Part shown: piece after piece, positions 37,977-47,214 of the stretch | Numbering within the stretch: position 1 is the stretch's first letter | Layout of the letters: each line of letters starts with the position of its first letter | Virus record (IMG/VR): IMGVR_UViG_3300050143_000020 | Coordinates: 1,984-65,983 of that record | Source of the DNA: a virus | Length of the DNA: 64,000 nucleotides | Reading direction: 5' to 3' (one strand) | The notes under the pieces: generated by a model | The model's input: only the letters and a program-made list of their open reading frames with translations | What the model was told of the DNA's origin: nothing | Database searches by the model: none | Program-made: the position numbers and the translations under genes

Positions 37977-38299
37977 ACAAAGAAGAATTTCGGAGAGTTG
38001 TTTGTGAAGAACTTTTTATGACAAGAGCAGGATACATTACAAATAAGTTTGCTGATCATGTCGATCAAACACCTTATGTAGATGCTCTATACGATCGTAT
38101 TTTCTCTGGAGTTTCATCAAATGAAGATGGATGGACTCCTTGGATTGAAGCAACAGAAGATCCATTTCCTGCAATCACACGTATTGCAATTGAAGCAGAG
38201 ATAGAAACATCTACTCGATTCGAACGGATATCATATCCATGTTTCAATTATTCTATCTATGCTGGCGTCTTACGTTATCGTCTAAAATTGGAGAAATAA
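37973..38299 (+). CDS. Hypothetical protein
   Basis: ATGA overlap. Confidence 0.6.
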   Translation: MNKEEFRRVVCEELFMTRAGYITNKFADHVDQTPYVDALYDRIFSGVSSNEDGWTPWIEATEDPFPAITRIAIEAEIETSTRFERISYPCFNYSIYAGVLRYRLKLEK

Positions 38300-38300
38300 A

Positions 38301-38489
38301 ATGTTTGGAATTTTTACAAATCTTACGAAGGCTGCTTTGAATGTAGCTGTTACTCCCCTTGCCGTTGCAAAGGATATTGTATCTTTGCCTGTTACAGCAT
38401 ACGAGGATAAGAATCCTTTTGAATCAACATCCAAGGTTCTCGACAACGTATCAAAGTCTCTGAACAAAGCATTGGATCCAGACGAATGA
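38301..38489 (+). CDS. Small amphipathic conserved phage protein
   Basis: MFG....L.KA.......P.A...D.V pattern; GGAG RBS. Confidence 0.65.
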   Translation: MFGIFTNLTKAALNVAVTPLAVAKDIVSLPVTAYEDKNPFESTSKVLDNVSKSLNKALDPDE

Positions 38490-38674
38490 TCGCTTTACGA
38501 TGGTTTGTCAAAGAAAACGGAGAGAAAGTTCTTCAAGTAAGAACTCAATCTGATTTTATTGGAGGAAGACCAGCATCTGATTGGTTTGATATTCCAACAA
38601 TTTATGAAAATGACACTATGAACATAAATTCAATCATGAAAGAAATCAAAGATAAGTATGACATCAAAGAATGA
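38486..38674 (+). CDS. Hypothetical protein
   Basis: ATGA overlap. Confidence 0.55.
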   Translation: MIALRWFVKENGEKVLQVRTQSDFIGGRPASDWFDIPTIYENDTMNINSIMKEIKDKYDIKE

Positions 38675-38843
38675 TATCACAGGTGATGCAATCAGAACCG
38701 ATTCTCCTTCGGATGCATACCGAGAAAACTATGATCGAATCTTCGGTAAGAAGAAAAAAGATCAACAAGAAAGTAAGAAAGATCTTCCTATTGCATATGA
38801 TGGGAAGTGCGATCTATCGGAAGAATCAACAAAGGCTGATTAA
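38658..38843 (+). CDS. Small T4-like conserved protein with an LPIAYDGK tail
   Basis: KNDITGD.I.T...SDAYRENYDRIFGKK. Confidence 0.65.
   Translation: MTSKNDITGDAIRTDSPSDAYRENYDRIFGKKKKDQQESKKDLPIAYDGKCDLSEESTKAD
38784..38807 (+). repeat. 24-nt exact repeat, copy 2
   Basis: Identical to 20149..20172. Confidence 0.9.
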
Positions 38844-40042
38844 TGGCAATTGGTTTTGGTAGTTCGATAGATGAAGATTTCCAGCAAATGGAAACTGTCA
38901 ATAAAAATAATAAGAAAGAACAAAGAATGACATTACTAGAAAAGTTGATGAAATCCGGTTCGGATCTAGTCAAGGCATCGATTCTATCAGAATCAGATTT
39001 TTTCACAGACAGAGCAGAGACTGTTACTGATATCCCGGCACTTAACATTGCCTTAGGAGGATCTGTCGCGTCTGGGTTGCAGGCAGGTTTGACAATGGTA
39101 TCTGGAGCATCGAAAAGCTTCAAGACATGTATTTCGCTTTACATGGTTGCTGCTTATATGAAGAAGTATAAAGATGCAATTTGTGTCTTCTACGACTCAG
39201 AATTCGGGAGCACACCTGCATATTTTAAGAATTTTGGTATTGATATTGATAGGGTTCTTCATATTCCAGTTGAACATATCGAACAATTGAAGTTCGATAT
39301 GGTAAATCGTTTGAAAGATGTGAAGAAGAAAGAGCATGTAATCGTTTTCGTTGATTCCGTCGGTAACATTGCTTCTAAGAAGGAAGTAGAAGATGCACTC
39401 GAAGAAAAGGGAGCTGCAGATATGACGAGAGCTAAGCAATTGAAATCTCTCTGGAGAATTACAACTCCAATGTTCACAATGCGAGACATTCCGTGCATTG
39501 CCATTAATCACATTTACATGGAACAAGGAATGTATCCAAAGGCTATTGTAAGTGGCGGGACTGGTGGTATCTATTCTTCTAATACAATTTGGATCATCAC
39601 AAAGTCACAAGAAAAAGATGGAACTGATCTAGTTGGATTCACATTTACTATTAACATTGAAAAAAGTCGTACCGTCATCGAAAAGAGTAAGATTCCTCTG
39701 ACTGTGACATTTGATGGTGGCATCAATAAATTTTCTGGTATTCTCGATCTTGCTCTAGAATCTGGCCATGTCATGAAGCCATCAAATGGATGGTATCAAC
39801 TTGTCAACAAAACTACAGGCGAATTGATCGGAGGCAAGGTTCGTTATGATTCTACTCAAAGCGATAACTTCCTTGGTACGGTTCTTAACGATCAATCTTT
39901 TGTTAAGTTTGTCAAAGACAAATATCAATTGAATTCTAAGCTCTTGACTGTATCTGAAACAACTCCATCTATTCCTTTGGATGAAGAATTAGTCGAGCTC
40001 GATGAAGAAGACATGAAGCTAGTTTCTATCACAGGAGAATAA
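38843..40042 (+). CDS. uvsX: UvsX RecA-like recombinase (conserved part starts at ATG 38927)
   Basis: T.IPALNIALGG, GASKSFKT, YDSEFG, VDSVGN.ASKKEVEDA, DMTRAKQLKS, SGGTG..YS. Confidence 0.95.
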   Translation: MAIGFGSSIDEDFQQMETVNKNNKKEQRMTLLEKLMKSGSDLVKASILSESDFFTDRAETVTDIPALNIALGGSVASGLQAGLTMVSGASKSFKTCISLYMVAAYMKKYKDAICVFYDSEFGSTPAYFKNFGIDIDRVLHIPVEHIEQLKFDMVNRLKDVKKKEHVIVFVDSVGNIASKKEVEDALEEKGAADMTRAKQLKSLWRITTPMFTMRDIPCIAINHIYMEQGMYPKAIVSGGTGGIYSSNTIWIITKSQEKDGTDLVGFTFTINIEKSRTVIEKSKIPLTVTFDGGINKFSGILDLALESGHVMKPSNGWYQLVNKTTGELIGGKVRYDSTQSDNFLGTVLNDQSFVKFVKDKYQLNSKLLTVSETTPSIPLDEELVELDEEDMKLVSITGE

Positions 40043-40044
40043 AA

Positions 40045-40359
40045 ATGAGTATCATCAAATCAATCTTGAATGCTGTGATTCCATCAAATGCAGTAAATTA
40101 TGAATTCGTAGAACGTAAAGTTGAAGGAGATGAAACAGGACTTGTTCAAGTTGCGACTCGTATCACTTATGGAAAATATGAAGGTTTGATCTTCAGCACT
40201 GGTCCTGTGACTTTCGAAGAAAACGGTCCAGAAATCAAACTCAACTATAAATTCATCGTTGAGTTCTTACCAGAGAACATGGAACTTGCATCTGACTTAG
40301 ATAACGTTGTTGGTGACATCATAATGGATGTTCTATCCAAGGAACATACCGAGGATTGA
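40045..40359 (+). CDS. gp40: Head vertex assembly chaperone gp40-like
   Basis: Position between uvsX and gp41; I..GKYEG..F..G.V.F pattern. Confidence 0.55.
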   Translation: MSIIKSILNAVIPSNAVNYEFVERKVEGDETGLVQVATRITYGKYEGLIFSTGPVTFEENGPEIKLNYKFIVEFLPENMELASDLDNVVGDIIMDVLSKEHTED

Positions 40360-40449
40360 ATAGGAATAGATCTGGTGCATTTTCTTTGATCTGATGTATG
40401 TTGATATGTCTTTTCTTGTAAAATGCATTGTAGAACGATTAAACTGTTC

Positions 40450-40479
40450 TTGACATCTGTGTTATTCAGATGTTAGAAT
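40450..40479 (+). promoter_or_regulatory. Promoter TTGACA-18-TAGAAT with an internal inverted repeat
   Basis: ACATCTG-tgttatt-CAGATGT within the spacer. Confidence 0.55.
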
Positions 40480-40508
40480 CTTAGTTGATAACAATAAGAA
40501 TAAAGTAG

Positions 40509-41927
40509 ATGTCAACATTTCACAAGATGATTCTTGCAAATCTTTTGCAGGATAAAGAGTATTTCCGTGCCGTTTCACCATACATCAAGAAAGAATACTT
40601 TGAAGACAGAGTAACATCTGTTCTTTATGAGTTGATCGATTCTTTTGCAGCAGAATACAAGAAGCCTCCTGGGAAGGAAGTTTTAGAAGTTCAGATTGAG
40701 AACTACAAAGGTCTCACCGAAAAAGAATTCAAAGAAGTTTCTACACTCCTAGAAGAAATTACTCGAGATCATACGCAATCAGATCCAAAATGGCTGCTTG
40801 ATGAGACAGAAAAGTATTGTCGAGAAAAAGCAATCTATAACGCGATTATGGATTCTGTATCCATTATTGATGGATCGGATACAAAAAGATCCGAAGGTGT
40901 GATTCCACAACTTCTATCAGATGCACTTGCTGTATCTTTTGATAAGAATGTTGGACATGATTACTTTTCATCTATCGAAGCTCGATGGGATTTCTACACC
41001 CAGAAAGAGACTAAGTTTCCTTCTTTGTTGAAGATGCTAGATAAGGTCATGCATGGTGGTGTGAGTCGAAAGACTTTGAATCTAATCATGGCTGTTTCTG
41101 GTGGTGGCAAATCTGCTGCAATGTGTTCTTTAGCTGCTAACTATATCAGTCAAGGATACAACGTTCTCTATATCACAATGGAACTCGCAGAAGAACGAGT
41201 TGCAGAACGTATAGATGCAAACCTATTGAACATTCCTATCAATCAAGTCAAAGATATACCTAAAGACTTGTATTGTAAGAAGTTGAATAAGATCAAAGAA
41301 AAATCTTTCGGTCGATTATTCTTGAAAGAATATCCTACTGGATGTGCATCTGTCAATAACTTCAGAGCACTGCTTGATGAACTATTGATCAAGAAAGACT
41401 TCAAGCCAGATATCGTTTTTGTTGACTATCTAGGTATATGTGCTTCTGCACATTATAAGTCCGGTGGATCTGCTAATTCTTACACTGTTCAGAAATCTGT
41501 TGCAGAAGAACTTCGTGGACTTGCAGTTGAACGCGATCTAGTTGTATGGTCGGCTGTTCAATCTAATCGATCAGGATATGGTAATTCTGATATGAATGAA
41601 ACATCAATGGCCGAGTCTATCGGTATTTTGATGACTGCTGATTTTGTTCTTGGATTGATTCGTAATGCTGATCTAGATGAACTTGGACAAGTCATGATGA
41701 AACAGATCAAATCTCGATATGGCGATGTTTCTTATTTCAATCGATTCATATGTGGATTTGATCGAGCAAGAATGAAACTTTTTGATATAGATGATCAATC
41801 CGGCATTGTGAATGAAAATGCAGAATCTGATCACATGAATAAGATCGCTGATTCGAAAGAATTAAGATCTGAACCGAAGAAAAAGCCTGGTCTGGATAAA
41901 TCTTCGGAATGGTCTTTTGATGAATAA
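40509..41927 (+). CDS. gp41: Replicative DnaB-like helicase gp41
   Basis: SGGGKS, ITMELAEERVAERIDANL, KEYPTG, VDYLGIC, AEELRGLAVE, KSRYGD. Confidence 0.95.
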   Translation: MSTFHKMILANLLQDKEYFRAVSPYIKKEYFEDRVTSVLYELIDSFAAEYKKPPGKEVLEVQIENYKGLTEKEFKEVSTLLEEITRDHTQSDPKWLLDETEKYCREKAIYNAIMDSVSIIDGSDTKRSEGVIPQLLSDALAVSFDKNVGHDYFSSIEARWDFYTQKETKFPSLLKMLDKVMHGGVSRKTLNLIMAVSGGGKSAAMCSLAANYISQGYNVLYITMELAEERVAERIDANLLNIPINQVKDIPKDLYCKKLNKIKEKSFGRLFLKEYPTGCASVNNFRALLDELLIKKDFKPDIVFVDYLGICASAHYKSGGSANSYTVQKSVAEELRGLAVERDLVVWSAVQSNRSGYGNSDMNETSMAESIGILMTADFVLGLIRNADLDELGQVMMKQIKSRYGDVSYFNRFICGFDRARMKLFDIDDQSGIVNENAESDHMNKIADSKELRSEPKKKPGLDKSSEWSFDE

Positions 41928-42024
41928 TCATTAGACTAAGTAGATTACCTTAATCGGTAATTTCAATAAACAGACCGTTATCGCATGAATTTGCATTAGG
42001 TCAATAACAATAAAGGAAAATAAA

Positions 42025-42984
42025 ATGGCTACTCTCGCAGAAATCCGTAAGAATAAATCCGCTTTGATGGATAAAGTGAACAAGGCTCTTGCCGGCGCTA
42101 ACACAAATGCGGATAAGAAAGAAGATGATCGCTTTTGGTCTCCAACTCGCGATGCATCAGGAAATGGAACAGCTATCATTCGTTTCTTGCCTCCTATGGC
42201 AGACGACGAACTTCCATGGGTTAAGATTTTCTCTCGCGCATTCAAAGTAGAATCTACAGGCAAGTGGTATATCAACAATGATCTTTCTACTATCGGTAGA
42301 GACGATGATCCTGTTTATCAATATATCAAGCCATTGTATGAATCTGGCGATGAAGCAAAGAAGAAGATTGCTGGTACGATGAAGCGCAAAACGCATTACA
42401 TCTCCAATATTCTTGTGATTAAAGACCCTGCAAATCCTGCAAATGAAGGTAAGGTTAAACTCTTCAAGTATGGTAAGAAGATCTATGAAATGATCATGAG
42501 CAAGGCACAGCCTACTTTTGATGATGAAGAAAAAGTCTATGTTTACGATATCGATTCTGGTGCCAACTTCCGTCTTCGTATCAAAACAGTTGATGGATAT
42601 CCAAATTACGACTCTTCAGTATTTGATTCTGTTACTCCTCTTTGCGGTGGAGATGACGATGAGATCCAGAAGGTGATCGATAATTACATTCCTTTGGCTG
42701 AATTCCTTGATCCAAAGAACTTCAAATCTGCTGAACAGCTGAAGAAGGAATTGGATCGTGCTCTGGGTAATGGTGCTCCTATTGGCAAGGCAACTGATCT
42801 TCTCAATGAAGATAAGCCAGCTAAGAAAGAATCGAAGACCGAAGAAGCTGCTCCGTGGGATGAAGAAGTGAAGGTTCCAGAAAAGAAAACAGCAAAAGTT
42901 GAAGCAAAGCAAGAAAAGGCTATTGTTCCATCTGATGATGACGATGATGACTTGGCACTTTTTAAGGAAATGCTAGGTAAGTAA
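42025..42984 (+). CDS. gp32: Single-stranded DNA binding protein gp32
   Basis: DDRFW, G.G.AIIRFLP, GKWYI, NILVIKDPANP.NEGKV.LFKYGKKI, GANFRL, acidic tail DDDDD. Confidence 0.95.
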   Translation: MATLAEIRKNKSALMDKVNKALAGANTNADKKEDDRFWSPTRDASGNGTAIIRFLPPMADDELPWVKIFSRAFKVESTGKWYINNDLSTIGRDDDPVYQYIKPLYESGDEAKKKIAGTMKRKTHYISNILVIKDPANPANEGKVKLFKYGKKIYEMIMSKAQPTFDDEEKVYVYDIDSGANFRLRIKTVDGYPNYDSSVFDSVTPLCGGDDDEIQKVIDNYIPLAEFLDPKNFKSAEQLKKELDRALGNGAPIGKATDLLNEDKPAKKESKTEEAAPWDEEVKVPEKKTAKVEAKQEKAIVPSDDDDDDLALFKEMLGK

Positions 42985-42987
42985 AAT

Positions 42988-43012
42988 AAAGCCACCAATC
43001 GGTGGCTTTTTC
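42988..43012. terminator. Bidirectional intrinsic terminator
   Basis: AAAGCCACC-AATC-GGTGGCTTTTT between convergent genes. Confidence 0.85.
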
Positions 43013-43019
43013 ATATCAT

Positions 43020-43775
43020 TTAGCCAACAAGGAAAATCGGTGGCTCTGAGAATTCTTCTCTCAATTGCTCTTCTAATCTGGCAATTTCTTGAAGAGCCTC
43101 GTTATACATTCCTTGTCCATCAAGTGTTACTCCACCGATAAGAGAAATCCCTCCAAATTTCTTAAGATTCATTCCCCATTGTTTTTCAACAAGAGCTTTG
43201 AAGTATTCTTTAACCCAGATTTGATCATAAATTTTAGAATATTCTTCCGGATCTGTTGTTACAAAACATTCAAATGCTACATATTGACCAGCAACAATAT
43301 TCGCTCCCCAATAAGCATCTATGTAGAGTTTATCGACTACTTGAGTGTATCTGAATAGAGGAACTCCATTGAATGTTTGATCTAGAAGAGCAAGATTTTG
43401 CATCAGACTTGTATAGTAAGCCATAGATCCAGTGGAAATATTCCATAAGTCTCCAAGTCTTATTTGATACTGTACAGAAAATAATCCAGAATCGCCTGAT
43501 GATGTTCCTGTCGCAGATCCTTCTACCATAGGAAAAACACGAACAATGCTTATGATATTATCTGGAATTGAGATGTATCTATTCGTCACATCTTCTGGTG
43601 TGATTTGATGAGTTATGTACATCCTCTGAGTTCCATCATAGTGATATGATCTAAACTTTTGAAGAGTATCATCAAGTCTATCAGAAAGTTGCTCTTCTGT
43701 TACATTGATCTGAGCAACTGGTTCTCCTAATGAACGAAGTGTGTAATCTATTAGATTTTGTTTAGATTGTATCAT
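43020..43775 (-). CDS. gp13: Neck protein gp13-like
   Basis: LIDY.LR.LG.PV..INVT.EQ..DR.D......YHYDG; VEKQWG.NL.KF.G..L.GGVTLDG. Confidence 0.9.
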   Translation of the reverse strand: MIQSKQNLIDYTLRSLGEPVAQINVTEEQLSDRLDDTLQKFRSYHYDGTQRMYITHQITPEDVTNRYISIPDNIISIVRVFPMVEGSATGTSSGDSGLFSVQYQIRLGDLWNISTGSMAYYTSLMQNLALLDQTFNGVPLFRYTQVVDKLYIDAYWGANIVAGQYVAFECFVTTDPEEYSKIYDQIWVKEYFKALVEKQWGMNLKKFGGISLIGGVTLDGQGMYNEALQEIARLEEQLREEFSEPPIFLVG

Positions 43776-44170
43776 TAAAATGTTCCACCGTCGATGATGA
43801 TATCTCCTGTCGATCCTCCAGTACCTCCAGATCCACCGCTTGTCACTGGATCTTTGAACTGAACACCAGGATCGACAATAGCATTTCCGTTTGCTACTAA
43901 CGAAACCTTGTTATCTATTTGGCTCTTTTTCAAGACTTCGTAAATATATGTCTTAGGTGACATATCAATCGTAACAGTAGATGATAAAGATATCGTTAAA
44001 TCTGTTGCAGATGTAGAAAGATCGAACTCCAAGAAAACATCGGCATCTTCATGTTTTCTGATGCATGCATAGAAAGAGTAATCTGATATGTCTACAATTG
44101 GATACGATTGTTCAAAGTCGGTACCTTGCTGAATGTAGATGTCAACAAGTCTATTGGGAATGGTTTGCAT
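43775..44170 (-). CDS. Small virion-associated beta-sandwich protein
   Basis: DIYIQQGTDF...D.S.Y.F.A.IRK...; ends DGGTF; coupled to gp13. Confidence 0.6.
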   Translation of the reverse strand: MQTIPNRLVDIYIQQGTDFEQSYPIVDISDYSFYACIRKHEDADVFLEFDLSTSATDLTISLSSTVTIDMSPKTYIYEVLKKSQIDNKVSLVANGNAIVDPGVQFKDPVTSGGSGGTGGSTGDIIIDGGTF

Positions 44171-44191
44171 TCATGTCTCCTGAATTTTCTT

Positions 44192-44197
44192 TATTTA
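44192..44197 (-). promoter_or_regulatory. Late promoter core TAAATA for the minus-strand neck operon
   Basis: TATTTA on the + strand, upstream of the CAGGAGA RBS of 44170. Confidence 0.6.
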
Positions 44198-44203
44198 ATC
44201 CTC

Positions 44204-44232
44204 TTGACAGCCTTGTTAGGACGTCATACAAT
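44204..44232 (+). promoter_or_regulatory. Early promoter TTGACA-17-TACAAT
   Basis: Consensus match. Confidence 0.75.
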
Positions 44233-44266
44233 AGACACATGTTGAACACTTTTATGAATTTTTATC

Positions 44267-44458
44267 ATGCCTCGTATTGATCACAATCAAGATTTTGATG
44301 ACGACTCTTCTGATGAGAACACTATTCGCATCAAGACACAGAAACCGCGGAATCCTTTGGTGAAAGAAATCTTTGATGGGAAGTTCCCACCAAAGCGCCA
44401 TAAGGATAAGCGCCGTTCTGCATCACGTTTTGATAAGCGTAATATTGAAGAACTTTAA
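44267..44458 (+). CDS. Small basic hypothetical protein
   Basis: RNPLVKE.....PPKRHKDKR. Confidence 0.6.
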   Translation: MPRIDHNQDFDDDSSDENTIRIKTQKPRNPLVKEIFDGKFPPKRHKDKRRSASRFDKRNIEEL

Positions 44459-44469
44459 AAGGAATTATC

Positions 44470-44949
44470 ATGAGTATCGAGACTTGGAAAGCAGAATTTT
44501 ATCCGGCTCCGGCCAATTCTGTAAAGACTTGGGAAGAAGCAATCGATCAAACCATTGTGAAGTGGAGTGGTCTGACAGAAGAAAATTTGAAGAAACATGA
44601 ATGCATGAAAGAAGGCACATGCATTCGAGATCAAGAGTATTATTCTCTTCAGTGCGATTACCGAATTTGTGCTCTATGCCAAATGAGCATCGATGGCCCA
44701 TCTGAACATGGATTTGTAGATTGTTCTATTTGTCCTCTTGGAATTTTGCATGGCGAATGTGAAGATGACATTGACAACGGAGATATTGATGAAGTTGATG
44801 TTCCTGATCTAGATCCATATACTGTTTGGGAAGAACTTAATAATCCTAAGCCAATGATCAATGCATTGCAAGATGTCAAGAAGTTCATTAAAATTCACAG
44901 TTTAGATAAAGAAACAAAGAAATGGATTAAGAATGACGCAACTGAATAA
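44470..44949 (+). CDS. Cys-containing hypothetical protein
   Basis: AGGA RBS; C..CALC...C..CPL. Confidence 0.7.
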   Translation: MSIETWKAEFYPAPANSVKTWEEAIDQTIVKWSGLTEENLKKHECMKEGTCIRDQEYYSLQCDYRICALCQMSIDGPSEHGFVDCSICPLGILHGECEDDIDNGDIDEVDVPDLDPYTVWEELNNPKPMINALQDVKKFIKIHSLDKETKKWIKNDATE

Positions 44950-45391
44950 GAAAGCAAAATATCTTTCTGAGATGTTAGACGAAGCAAATAAAGCAACTGA
45001 TCCTGTCCAATGCTTGAAAGATTTCATTGCACAAGATCCTCGACTAACATCCATTCTAGGATATGCAATCAATCCGAAGTGGAACATCTCAACTGTTCTT
45101 CCGGATGGGGTTCCGCCTTACACAGAATCGGATCTCCCTCTTGGTATGGCAGCTCTCGATTTGCTGAAGCTACATAGCAAGATCTACATCATGTTCAATC
45201 CTGAATTGAAGCAATTCAAGAAAGAAGAATTCTTCATCAAGTGGATAGAAAGCATGCATCCAACCGATGTTGGAATTTTTATTGCAGTGAAAGACCAAAA
45301 TCTGGAGTCTTTGTATCCAAATTTGACTAAAACTGTTGTACACTATGCACTCGGTTGGACTAAGGAACAGTTCGACTCCTTGTTTGTTTGA
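44933..45391 (+). CDS. Conserved T4-like hypothetical protein (DUF6433-like)
   Basis: LP.G.PPY....P.G; K.E.FFI...E.MHP.D....I.VKD. Confidence 0.65.
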   Translation: MTQLNKKAKYLSEMLDEANKATDPVQCLKDFIAQDPRLTSILGYAINPKWNISTVLPDGVPPYTESDLPLGMAALDLLKLHSKIYIMFNPELKQFKKEEFFIKWIESMHPTDVGIFIAVKDQNLESLYPNLTKTVVHYALGWTKEQFDSLFV

Positions 45392-45398
45392 GGTTATC

Positions 45399-45929
45399 AT
45401 GAATCTTGATCTTGTTATGAAATTTGCGCATAATCCTGTTCGTAATTATGCTATTCCTGGACTGACTTCTTGGATGATTTCGAATTCGCCAGAAGGAAAC
45501 ATCCGGATGTTTGATATGACTCGAGATCATATAGAACCAATCGTTGCTCATAGCCATCGATTCAACTTTCATTGCATTGTTCTGGAAGGCGAAGTTGAAA
45601 ATATTTTGTTCAAGCAATCTATGGATGGAGATCTTTATTCTGCTGTCTATCAAACATATAATGGCTCGATTGGTTCTTATAAGACAGAACGATCAAATCT
45701 TCATATTCGATACGTTCAAATTTCTCAGAAATACAACAAAGGAGATCAATACTCAATGTACTCTGACGAAATTCATTCCATCAGATTCAAGAAAGGAACG
45801 AAAGTTCTATTCTTCGAAGGCCCAGATGTCGATGATAAGAGTATTATCATAGAACCTATTGTTGATGGCGAACTCATCGAAACATTCAAAGTTGAACCAT
45901 GGATGTTCAAGAAAGACATTAATGAGTGA
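45399..45929 (+). CDS. Cupin-like hypothetical protein
   Basis: HSHRFNF.C.VL.G.V.N; Y.M..DEIHSI. Confidence 0.55.
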   Translation: MNLDLVMKFAHNPVRNYAIPGLTSWMISNSPEGNIRMFDMTRDHIEPIVAHSHRFNFHCIVLEGEVENILFKQSMDGDLYSAVYQTYNGSIGSYKTERSNLHIRYVQISQKYNKGDQYSMYSDEIHSIRFKKGTKVLFFEGPDVDDKSIIIEPIVDGELIETFKVEPWMFKKDINE

Positions 45930-46077
45930 AGAATTTAAAATCCTGACAGATGCACAACATGCTCTTCAGGCTCCTTATATGTACATCGGATCTACTTCTG
46001 TTGAAGAGCAAGAAGTGGTTACTTTCGGTGAGACAAAGAAATTTAACATTGTTCCTGGTCTACTGAAAATCATTTGA
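45922..46077 (+). pseudogene. Stranded 51-codon 5' fragment of the topoisomerase II large subunit
   Basis: MSEEFKILTDAQHALQAPYMYIGST...IVPGLLKII* aligns with the N-terminus of 47215..49026 and stops just before the catalytic E..N box. Confidence 0.85.
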
Positions 46078-47122
46078 ATTTACAATTTTTAAAATGATGT
46101 CTCAGCATTCCTCCTGCATATCCCTCTTTGCCGCAATGATTACATATCATCTTTTCTTTTGAATAGTTGTTTCCTTTTAGATTTAATTCTTTTATCAAAG
46201 GATCGTTTTTATTAAGACGATATCTATTTCCTTGATCATCTTTGAATATTGTTATCCCTTTCAGTTTTTCTTTGATTTTAGGAGATACCCCTTCTATAAA
46301 TGTTTCCGGTTGTTGTCCTTTGAAGTGCCATTTTGTATCTAGAGATATAGGATCGTAATACGCAGTCTTGCCATTTATACTTTTTGTGTTCGGAGATCCT
46401 AGAATCCAGTTCTCTGGTGGAGTTTTATTCTTGGATATTCTTTGTGTTTCCATAGTGTTCGGATCATACCATATTCTAGATCCATTCATAACTTCTATAT
46501 GAGACGGGTGTCCGCGTTTCCAGTTATCTGGTAGTTTTATAGAAGATTTATCTATATTTTTTGGAATACGCAATACTGTCTCTTCCATAGTGATTTCGTT
46601 GTGGATTTTGATACTTGCGTATCTAGACCCTCGTATGTAGCCTTCTGGTATTATTGCGTCTGTATCCTTCTTATTGATTCTTATGAAGTCGAATGTGATA
46701 GGATTGTAATAATGTGCAACAGAATTTGCTTTTCCTATCTTATCTCCGAAATCTTGTTTTAATTTTTCATATGTTCTAGATTTTCTGAAATTTAGTTTTT
46801 CATATTCTCTTGTATTCCAGTTGGTCATTGAATTAAATGCGTATGTCAGATCCCCGCCGTATGTTTTCCACAACATCCAATGAGCAATAAAATGTTGACG
46901 AGCAGTAAGAATAGCTTTATTCCATACGTTTTTATTTAGAGATTTATATTCGATCCACAATGATTTAGGAAGAAAATGGTGCTGTTCTATGTATCCAAGT
47001 TCTTCTTTTGTTTTCGAAGAATTTGATTGACAACAAGCATTGATAAAGTTAAAATACCTCTTAAGATAGTGATCGTTATGAGGTTTAGATGAAAGAATGG
47101 CATAAATATCTATGTTGGACAT
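46070..47122 (-). mobile_element. Free-standing HNH homing endonuclease (MobE-like) with tandem C-terminal modules
   Basis: EQHHFLPKS...N..ILTARQHFIAHWMLWK; four YxP.T...P..W..G modules; terminal CNHC...HHF.NC; opposite strand to its neighbours. Confidence 0.88.
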
Positions 47123-47159
47123 AGTTGTCTCCTTGATAACGGTTAAAGAAATGTCTAAA

Positions 47160-47201
47160 GGCCATGGGAACTGTCAATTCCGCGATGGTCATTCTTATTT
47201 A
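47160..47201 (-). promoter_or_regulatory. Late promoter TAAATA plus leader hairpin of the HNH gene
   Basis: Minus strand: TAAATA..GACCATCGCGGAA-TTGACAG-TTCCCATGGCC, then AAGGAG RBS. Confidence 0.6.
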
Positions 47202-47214
47202 GTGAAGAGGAAAC

